From the NCBI GenBank assembly GCA_017528085.1, contig JAFXPH010000002.1:145071-209070 (forward strand): DNA of 64,000 bases. Direction: 5' to 3'. The DNA comes from Clostridia bacterium (GTDB lineage Bacteria; Bacillota; Clostridia; TANB77; CAG-508). The stretch's first letter is position 1. Every line of letters starts with the position of its first letter. Under the pieces are notes generated by a model. That model did not search any database. It saw only the letters and a list, made by a program, of their open reading frames with translations, and had not been told where the DNA came from. Positions 56,724 through 64,000 of this stretch are shown here, piece by piece. Position numbers and translations under genes: made by a program.

Positions 56724-57848
56724 TTAAAACAATTCCATTACGGCTTTAGTTATATTGTCTTTAAATTGAGTATATAAAAAATTACTAATAACTCTATTTT
56801 TACCTTCATTTCCCATATTATCTCTAAGTTTTTCATCATTTGCTAATCTTTTAATTGCATTTGCGTATTCTACAATATTTTTATTTTCTACTTCAATTCC
56901 GTTCACATTTTTTAGACAAACATAATTAACCCCTGATCCTTTAATATTGAATGTAACTGCTGGTTTTCCAAAATACATAGCTTCGGCTAATGCTAAACCA
57001 AAAGCTTCATTTTTTGTAATAGATGGAAAACAATAAATATCCATAGCAGAATAGTATGCTTTCAATTCATCATCAGACACTACTCCTAAAAAACGAACTT
57101 TTTCATCATTCGCAGCTTCTTTTTTTAGCTTATCTGTAAGTTCACCTTTTCCTATAATAAATATTTGAAATTTATTATCCAGTAATTTACTTGCTTTAAT
57201 TAAATACTCAAATCCCTTATATTCTGTATGTCTCCCAACTGCTACACAAATGGTTTTTCCTTTATTATCTTCTTTTATTTTCTTCGCTATTTTATTTGAC
57301 TCTTCTGTTGGCTCTAATCTTTTTTCATTAATACAATTAGGTATAACAACACACTTTTCTTTAGCACTTGATAACCAAGCACTTCCTTCTATATAATTTG
57401 GACTTGTAGCAATAATTTTATTAGATTTATTAATTAACTTTTTATTTTGATTACTAAATAGTTTTCCTAACAATTTTTGTTTAACAATATCTAAATGCCA
57501 ATATATAACCAATTTACTATTTTTACTAATATATCTTAGCAATAGTGATGCAACAAATGGGTTTGGATAGTGAAAAATAATAATGTCTGGTTTAAATGAT
57601 TCAATTACTTGTTTTAATTTTTTTGCATATGAAATTGATAAAGATTGAGAAAATAATTTAGCAAAACATCCGCATCTAATTATCTCTACATCATCAATAT
57701 AGTCATTATAATCTTTTTTTTCATGATTAAAACATATTACTTTTTGTTCATAATCATTTTTTAATGCATTTACACAATCTTTAGCGATTTGCTCTGTACC
57801 ACCTCGAAAAGGGTAATAGTATTTTGATATATGCAATATTTTTTTCAT
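56724..57848 (-). CDS. glycosyltransferase family 4
   Basis: EAFGLALAEAMYFGKPAV is the GT4 signature; 374 aa. Confidence 0.65.
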   Translation of the reverse strand: MKKILHISKYYYPFRGGTEQIAKDCVNALKNDYEQKVICFNHEKKDYNDYIDDVEIIRCGCFAKLFSQSLSISYAKKLKQVIESFKPDIIIFHYPNPFVASLLLRYISKNSKLVIYWHLDIVKQKLLGKLFSNQNKKLINKSNKIIATSPNYIEGSAWLSSAKEKCVVIPNCINEKRLEPTEESNKIAKKIKEDNKGKTICVAVGRHTEYKGFEYLIKASKLLDNKFQIFIIGKGELTDKLKKEAANDEKVRFLGVVSDDELKAYYSAMDIYCFPSITKNEAFGLALAEAMYFGKPAVTFNIKGSGVNYVCLKNVNGIEVENKNIVEYANAIKRLANDEKLRDNMGNEGKNRVISNFLYTQFKDNITKAVMELF

Positions 57849-57864
57849 TTATTACCTCTCTTAA

Positions 57865-59520
57865 TTATTCAAAATATTTTTTTAGTTCTACACCTATCCT
57901 CTCATTTGCTTCTACTGATTTTTTTTTGCTTTCTAAACATGTTGATATATATATTTTAAGCTTTGGCTCTGTTCCAGAAGGTCTAATTACAATTGATGAA
58001 TTATCTTCAAGATAATATTTTAAAACATCAGATCTAGGTAATCCCTCAATTCCTTCTTTATAATCTAGTATCTTTATAACTTTAACCTTGTTTATTTCTT
58101 TAATTTTTTCATTTCTGATATTAGACATTATTTCTTGCATCTTTTTAAATCCTGATGCACCTTCATACACAAATGAATGTAATGTATTATAAGCATATCC
58201 AAATAGTTCATATATCTCATTTAATCTATCTAATAAGGAAATTCCTTTACTCTTATAAAATGAAAACATTTCAGCTATAAGATATGCACCATTTACACCA
58301 TCTTTATCTCTTACATAGCTACCTGAAAGATAACCATATGATTCTTCAAATCCAAATATATATCTATCTTCTTCGCCTTTTTTTTCTAAAAATCCAATCT
58401 GCTCTCCTATAAATTTAAAACCCGTAAGTACATTTAAAGTCTGAACACCATAATACTCGGCAATCTTTTCTCCTAACTCCATAGTAACTATTGTTTTAAT
58501 CATAATTGGATTCACAGGCATCTTTCTATGTTTTGTTCTTTGAGAACATATATAATCTAATAATAAAATTCCAACTTCATTTCCAGATAATAATTTATAC
58601 TCATTATATTTATCTTTTACTGCAATTCCAACACGATCACAATCCGGATCTGTTGCAAGCATAAGATCAGCATTATATTTCTTACAGTATTCAAGTCCTA
58701 ATTCTAAAGCTTCTTTTATTTCTGGATTAGGATAAGGACAAGTTGGGAAATTACCATCTGGATTTCTTTGTTCTTCAACAATTGTTATATTACTATAACC
58801 AGATTCTTTTAATACTCTTGATACTGGTTCAAGACCTGTACCATTAAGCGGTGAATATACAATAGCAACATTTTTATCTACTTCATCCCCATAAAGAACA
58901 GATTGTTTTTTTACTTCTTCAATATAAGCTGTTAAGACTTCTTCTTTAATATCTTCTATTTCTACATTGTTATTTCTTTTTATATCTTTAAAAATATCTA
59001 TTTTATCTATTTCATTTAATATTTCATTTGCAACTTCAGTTGTAATTTGACATCCATCATTCCCATATACTTTATAACCATTATATTTTGAAGGATTATG
59101 AGATGCAGTTATCATTACACCAGCTGAAGTCTTTAAATATCTTGTGGCAAACGAAACAGTTGGAACTGGCAACAATCTAGGCCACTTATAAACCTTAATT
59201 TTATTTGATGAAAAAACTTCTGCTACGACATTAGAAAAAACATCTGATTTTATTCTACTATCATATCCGATAACTACAGAAGGCTTTTCATAATGTAAAT
59301 TTAAATAATTAGATAATCCTTGAGTTGCTTTAGCTACAGTATAAATATTCATTCTGTTACTTCCAGCACCAATTACTCCTCTAAGTCCACCTGTTCCAAA
59401 AGATAAGTCTTTGTAAAAAGAGTCTTCTATTTCTTGTTCATTCATATTTCTTAATTCTTTTTGTATTTCTGCATCTTTTGCTTCATTTATCCATTTTAAA
59501 TATGTATCTTTATAACTCAT
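57865..59520 (-). CDS. phosphoglucomutase/phosphomannomutase family protein
   Basis: Active-site loop TASHNPSKYNGYKV (phosphoserine). FGTGGLRG substrate loop. 551 aa. Confidence 0.75.
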   Translation of the reverse strand: MSYKDTYLKWINEAKDAEIQKELRNMNEQEIEDSFYKDLSFGTGGLRGVIGAGSNRMNIYTVAKATQGLSNYLNLHYEKPSVVIGYDSRIKSDVFSNVVAEVFSSNKIKVYKWPRLLPVPTVSFATRYLKTSAGVMITASHNPSKYNGYKVYGNDGCQITTEVANEILNEIDKIDIFKDIKRNNNVEIEDIKEEVLTAYIEEVKKQSVLYGDEVDKNVAIVYSPLNGTGLEPVSRVLKESGYSNITIVEEQRNPDGNFPTCPYPNPEIKEALELGLEYCKKYNADLMLATDPDCDRVGIAVKDKYNEYKLLSGNEVGILLLDYICSQRTKHRKMPVNPIMIKTIVTMELGEKIAEYYGVQTLNVLTGFKFIGEQIGFLEKKGEEDRYIFGFEESYGYLSGSYVRDKDGVNGAYLIAEMFSFYKSKGISLLDRLNEIYELFGYAYNTLHSFVYEGASGFKKMQEIMSNIRNEKIKEINKVKVIKILDYKEGIEGLPRSDVLKYYLEDNSSIVIRPSGTEPKLKIYISTCLESKKKSVEANERIGVELKKYFE

Positions 59521-59551
59521 AGTCCTTTTCTCCTATATATTTTTTTATACA

Positions 59552-61786
59552 TTAAATACGACTAATAGCAAGTTTTAGTTTTCCTTTAATTTTTAAAATC
59601 CCTTTTTGAGCAGGTATAAAAAAACTATCTCCAGAGACAATATCCATACTATAATCTCCTATAGACATTTTTCCTGTTCCTTCTATACAAACAATTGATA
59701 AAAATCTATCATCAGAAATTCTAATATTTTTTTCTTCTACATCAATAATTTTTGTTTCAAAATACTTACAACTTATATTGTCCTTCATAGCTTTGTACTT
59801 GTTAAAATTTAATACATCAAGAGCCTTTTCTATATGCAATTCTCTTGGATTACCAAATTTATCTCTTCTATCATAATCATATAATCTATAAGTACAATTG
59901 CTTGATTGTTGAATTTCGCAAATTAAATTTCCTTTACAAATAGCATGAACTGTTCCAGCAGGTATAAAGAAAATGTCTCCTGGCTTTGTTGGATAATAAT
60001 TCAAAATTTCAGTAATTGTATTATTCTCTATTCTTCTTCTAACTTCTTCTTTTGTAACATCTTGGTTGAACCCAACGTATAAACCAGATTCTTTTTGGGA
60101 ATCAATTACATACCACATCTCATTTTTTCCATATTGATTTTCATGTTCTAATGCATAATCATCATTTGGATGTACTTGAATTGATAAATCACCTTTAGCA
60201 TCAATAAATTTTACTAACATTGGGAAGTTTTGTAATGGTGAACATTTCCATCCCAAAACATTTTTACCAACAGTTTCTATATATTTTGAAAAAGTAAGGC
60301 CTTTATGTTTTCCAGTAGCAATAATACTTTCTCCATCAGGATGAGCAGATAAAACCCAAGCTTCTGCTATTATGTCTAAATCACTTTTTATTCCATATTT
60401 ATTTTTTAATGTACTTCCTCCCCACAAATAATCTTTAAGTGCAGGTTTCAATTTTATCATAGGGTCAATAGCATATCCTAATTGAGTTTCATTTATTCTA
60501 ATTGATGTTGTAGAATTCATGTCATCATCATTAAATTCACCAAGTACAGTTTCTATAAGTTCTAGTGGTATTTCTCCTATATTGGATATTTGATGTTTTG
60601 TACCTGCTTTTGCCTTAATTGAGTCCCCCACATTCAAAGTGTTTTCCACACCATCTATTGTAAATAATCCAACACCATTTAACACAGTCCATGATTCCAT
60701 TCTTTTTTTATGAATATGCTCATAAATTGTTTTTCCTGGATTTATAATTACTTTTCTTAGTTTTAATGTTTTTTTATTTTCTATTTCTTCATAATAACCC
60801 CAATGTCGTTGAAATATTGTACTTTTATCGAAATAATCTCTTAATTCACTGTTATTTATTATTCCCTGTATATCTGATTTGTTTTTTCCAACATATAACA
60901 CATCTTGTGTATTGATTATCATTAAATCTCTAGTTTTATTAGCAACAACAGCTTTATTATTTATAGTATTGATAATCTGTGTATTATAGCCATTATTAAT
61001 TATCATTCCTTTGTTATTATAAGGTATTAAATCATCAAGATTGCGAATATCTCTATAAGAAAATTCTACTTCTACACCTTTAATATTACAATTTTTCTCT
61101 AATAAGCTTTTTTCTATAGGTACAGCTTTAATGGTAACATCATTGTAAAAAGTATTGCTACTTAATATTTCTCTTGTTTTATATGTTTTTTTAGCTTCTA
61201 ATAATATTTTTTTAGATAATGATTCTAAAAAAACTCCATTTTGAAAAACTAATAGTCCTAAATTTTTATATACTTTGCCTTTTATTGTTTTGCTCGGTTT
61301 TTCTATATACTTTTTTATTATTTCATTTTCTATTTCTACAACATAGCCATATCTCTTATCTGTTTGATTCTCTTTATTTATTAAAATACTAATCCTTCCA
61401 TCTTTTGCATTTTTCTTTGCTTTTAAAATAGCTTCTTTGTACCCAAAATCAGTTATCAAGAGATTTGTATTTGATACAAGAATGTATTCTGTTGGTTCTA
61501 TTGATAAGCATGCAAGTGTAATTGCCGCAGTAGTTCCACAGCCATTTTTTTCATATACACATCGATAATTCAAACCTTGAAAAGATTCTAGCTGATTTTC
61601 AACAATATTTTTATAATTAATATTAGTTACTATAATGAATTCATCACAAAATGGAATATTTCTAGCAATAGTATCTTGAAAAATTGAATGATTATTCTCT
61701 ATTTCTATAAACTGCTTAGGGCAATTTTTCCTAGATAAAGGCCATAGTCTTTCACCAGCCCCTCCCGTTAAAACTATACATTTCAT
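59552..61786 (-). CDS. tri-domain fusion: nucleotidyltransferase (ManC-like), type-II PMI cupin, and class-I mannose-6-phosphate isomerase (ManA)
   Basis: N-terminus MKCIVLTGGAGERLWPLS (NTP-transferase). Middle cupin domain VINPGKTIYEHIHKKRMESWTVLNGVG. C-terminal ManA-type YLWGGS...SIQVHPNDDYA...NEMWYVI. Confidence 0.6.
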   Translation of the reverse strand: MKCIVLTGGAGERLWPLSRKNCPKQFIEIENNHSIFQDTIARNIPFCDEFIIVTNINYKNIVENQLESFQGLNYRCVYEKNGCGTTAAITLACLSIEPTEYILVSNTNLLITDFGYKEAILKAKKNAKDGRISILINKENQTDKRYGYVVEIENEIIKKYIEKPSKTIKGKVYKNLGLLVFQNGVFLESLSKKILLEAKKTYKTREILSSNTFYNDVTIKAVPIEKSLLEKNCNIKGVEVEFSYRDIRNLDDLIPYNNKGMIINNGYNTQIINTINNKAVVANKTRDLMIINTQDVLYVGKNKSDIQGIINNSELRDYFDKSTIFQRHWGYYEEIENKKTLKLRKVIINPGKTIYEHIHKKRMESWTVLNGVGLFTIDGVENTLNVGDSIKAKAGTKHQISNIGEIPLELIETVLGEFNDDDMNSTTSIRINETQLGYAIDPMIKLKPALKDYLWGGSTLKNKYGIKSDLDIIAEAWVLSAHPDGESIIATGKHKGLTFSKYIETVGKNVLGWKCSPLQNFPMLVKFIDAKGDLSIQVHPNDDYALEHENQYGKNEMWYVIDSQKESGLYVGFNQDVTKEEVRRRIENNTITEILNYYPTKPGDIFFIPAGTVHAICKGNLICEIQQSSNCTYRLYDYDRRDKFGNPRELHIEKALDVLNFNKYKAMKDNISCKYFETKIIDVEEKNIRISDDRFLSIVCIEGTGKMSIGDYSMDIVSGDSFFIPAQKGILKIKGKLKLAISRI

Positions 61787-61787
61787 A

Positions 61788-62831
61788 TTATTTATTCCTT
61801 AATTCATGAACCTTAGATAAAGATTCCTTTTTTCCAACAACAACTCTCTCATCTGTTTCAATAACAAATAGATCTTCAGCATCTAAGAGAATTATTGGTT
61901 TATTAGTTGAGTATATAATATTATTTTTAGAATTATCAATTACTACATTGCCTTTTATGACATTTTGATTATTATCTACTTTAATGTATCTTTTTAATGC
62001 TTTCCAGCCACCAATATCATCCCAACCGAAATCTGCAGGAATAACATATAACTTGTCTGTTTTTTCCATTATTGCAAAGTCCACTGAAATAGATTCACAT
62101 TTTGAATAATTTTTTTCTAATTCATTATAATAATTACTTGAAGTTATCTCTGGAATAGAACCTATAATTTTATACGTTTCATTAGCATAAAGTTTGTATT
62201 GAGTTTTCATAAAATTAGCATTAAACATAAACATACCTGCATTCCACAAATAATGTCCATCGTCTAAATACTGTTGAGCAACAAACTCGTTTGGCTTTTC
62301 TACAAATCTTTTAACTTTTTTTATCTCATGGCTATTAATTATTTCGTTTGTTCTTGAAAAATTAATATACCCATATCCCGTCTCAGGCCTATTAGGAGTT
62401 ATTCCAATTGTAACAATAGAATCACTATTACTTTCAACATACTCATTAGCATCTGATAAAACAGCTAGAAATTCTGTTTCATCATTAATTTGATGGTCAC
62501 TTGGAAGTACAATAATATTCGTATTTTCATATATTTGATTTATATATGATGTAGATAATAATATACATGGGGCTGTATTCCTTCCCGTAGGTTCTAAGAT
62601 AATATTTCTTTCAGGTAATTCTGGAAGCTGCTCAAGACAAATATTTTTATACTTTTTGTCTGTACAAATAAAAATATTTTCTAAACCAATTAGTGGTAAT
62701 AATCTATGCACCGTTTCTTGAATCATAGTTCTGTTTCCAATTAAATTTAAAAATTGTTTTGGCTTTTCTTCTGTTGAAGCTGGCCAAAATCTAGTTCCTC
62801 GGCCTCCAGCCATAATTAATGCAGTTAGCAT
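61788..62831 (-). CDS. manC: mannose-1-phosphate guanylyltransferase (nucleotidyltransferase domain only)
   Basis: MLTALIMAGGRGTRFWPASTEEKPKQFL is the GDP-mannose pyrophosphorylase N-terminal signature; 347 aa. Confidence 0.7.
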   Translation of the reverse strand: MLTALIMAGGRGTRFWPASTEEKPKQFLNLIGNRTMIQETVHRLLPLIGLENIFICTDKKYKNICLEQLPELPERNIILEPTGRNTAPCILLSTSYINQIYENTNIIVLPSDHQINDETEFLAVLSDANEYVESNSDSIVTIGITPNRPETGYGYINFSRTNEIINSHEIKKVKRFVEKPNEFVAQQYLDDGHYLWNAGMFMFNANFMKTQYKLYANETYKIIGSIPEITSSNYYNELEKNYSKCESISVDFAIMEKTDKLYVIPADFGWDDIGGWKALKRYIKVDNNQNVIKGNVVIDNSKNNIIYSTNKPIILLDAEDLFVIETDERVVVGKKESLSKVHELRNK

Positions 62832-62929
62832 AAACTGCCCTCCTTCCTTAAGTTTTTTTATGATACAGCTATTTAATAAAAAGTCTTCAAATCATTTACA
62901 AATACATATTATAACAACAATATATTTGT

Positions 62930-63997
62930 TTATTTACAAAATTTATAGTAACCATATTTATATATCTTTATAATCCCGATTGTTAAAAAAACAATCAACA
63001 TTATTAGTATACAACTTCCAATTTCTTGTGATAATCCAAACATATTATTTTTCTCAAAAATTGCCCCTAGTGTCATTCTAACTGGATAATGAAAAAGATA
63101 TATATACATAGTATGTTTTCCTAGTTTAACAAATTTAGAATTATTAAGGAACTTAGTTATTTTACCACCGCCTTTTGAAAAAATATATACCAACAATGTA
63201 ACAACTATTATATCTACTATCCTTAAATATGGCTCATAAGCTGTAAATGAATTTCTAAATAAATACCAACCTATAGAAAAAGCTATTATAATAGCTTCCG
63301 TCTTAGTTCTGTACGTGATTTTAATATCTTTATATAATCTTCCAATAATCATTCCCAAAAATACATACCAACATCTTACAAATGGATGCCCATAGTATAA
63401 ATCATTTATTTTACCATCAATCAAATGTAAAGAATCAATCTTGTAAGCAACTCCTGAAGTTATTATCAAACTTACAAATGTAAAAAAAAGCAATACCTTA
63501 ACCTTTTTATTTAATTTACCATTATCAATAATATTTAAAAATATAGGAGCAAGTATGTATGTTACAAATAATGAAGACAAAAACCAACATACTCCATTAA
63601 TACCATGACTAATTGATGTTGTTCCTGTTAATGATTGCAAACAGGTTAAATCAATAATAGAACATATTATTATTTTTAAAATGCTCTTTTTCTCAATAAT
63701 CATCCAAATTATTCCCAAAAATAAAGAAAAAATATAAGCAGGATATATTTTTTTAATTTTTTCAATTGCAAATCTTACACACTCTTTAATCTTAATTCCT
63801 GGACGTTTGTCACTCAAATACATTCCAAATCCAGATAAAACAAAAAAATAATCTACGGCTAAAATTGGATTCCAAAAATGCTTTTCATACACATTTCCCA
63901 ATACAGTCTTTTTTAAAAATTCAAAATGAGAAATTACAATCATACAACACATAAAAAATCTCAAACTATCTAATTGTACTACTCTTTTTTTCCCCAT
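62930..63997 (-). CDS. acyltransferase family 3 (membrane O-acyl/acetyl transferase)
   Basis: VVQLDSLRFFMCCMIVISHF is typical of the acyltransferase-3 N-terminus; ~10 TM helices. Confidence 0.65.
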   Translation of the reverse strand: MGKKRVVQLDSLRFFMCCMIVISHFEFLKKTVLGNVYEKHFWNPILAVDYFFVLSGFGMYLSDKRPGIKIKECVRFAIEKIKKIYPAYIFSLFLGIIWMIIEKKSILKIIICSIIDLTCLQSLTGTTSISHGINGVCWFLSSLFVTYILAPIFLNIIDNGKLNKKVKVLLFFTFVSLIITSGVAYKIDSLHLIDGKINDLYYGHPFVRCWYVFLGMIIGRLYKDIKITYRTKTEAIIIAFSIGWYLFRNSFTAYEPYLRIVDIIVVTLLVYIFSKGGGKITKFLNNSKFVKLGKHTMYIYLFHYPVRMTLGAIFEKNNMFGLSQEIGSCILIMLIVFLTIGIIKIYKYGYYKFCK

Positions 63998-64000
63998 TTT

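Noticed and set aside
1-64000. CRISPR arrays, tRNA and rRNA genes
   Set aside because: No regularly spaced direct repeats with unique spacers, no cloverleaf-compatible conserved tRNA boxes and no rRNA-like GC-rich conserved blocks were seen anywhere in the window.

Overview
Very AT-rich (~25-28% GC) chromosomal segment from a low-GC Gram-positive bacterium, Clostridia-like by gene content and codon bias; the exact taxon cannot be determined from sequence alone. Almost every gene is on the minus strand. No rRNA, tRNA or CRISPR array was found. Contents in order: (1) Housekeeping genes at 1-8300: HAD hydrolase, CutA, ITPase, DUF853 ATPase, inositol monophosphatase, NUDIX hydrolase, with a block of uncharacterised coiled-coil and membrane proteins. 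(2) Three tandem, diverged ~790-aa paralogues (8358-15512) sharing an N-terminal HETIHALA...GEGITEY zincin-like motif. They lack signal peptides and match no family I can name. (3) YvcK, a membrane-anchored XRE regulator, and two paralogous membrane-anchored secreted DNA/RNA non-specific nucleases. (4) A complete His-Xaa-Ser (Hxs) locus at 20114-24554: the HxsA repeat precursor, HxsD with its LLNDxxxRESLRYE-type motif, and two radical-SAM enzymes, one of which carries a SPASM domain. A prepilin-peptidase-like (A24) membrane protein sits inside the locus. This is a bioinformatically defined but biochemically uncharacterised peptide-modification system. (5) A standalone OLD-family ABC-ATPase/TOPRIM nuclease, a candidate defence gene. 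(6) A large surface-polysaccharide biosynthesis locus, likely capsule or O-antigen-like, at ~29.1-35.9 kb and 48.0-64.0 kb. It contains two Wzx flippases, two Wzy polymerases, two pyruvyl transferases, GT2 and GT4 glycosyltransferases, a TPP-dependent enzyme with an SDR, phosphomannomutase, ManC, a tri-domain ManC-cupin-ManA fusion and an acyltransferase-3. (7) The locus is split by an ~11 kb integrative element (36.0-47.5 kb) that carries three tandem large serine recombinases, two sigma-70 region-4 proteins, an XRE repressor and acidic hypothetical proteins. (8) Truncated galE and epimerase remnants sit at the rearrangement junctions. Several rho-independent terminators and one extended -10 promoter are annotated. 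Coordinates follow the supplied ORF track. Where the track begins at a TTG/GTG codon and an in-frame ATG with a good Shine-Dalgarno lies just downstream, the ATG is used.
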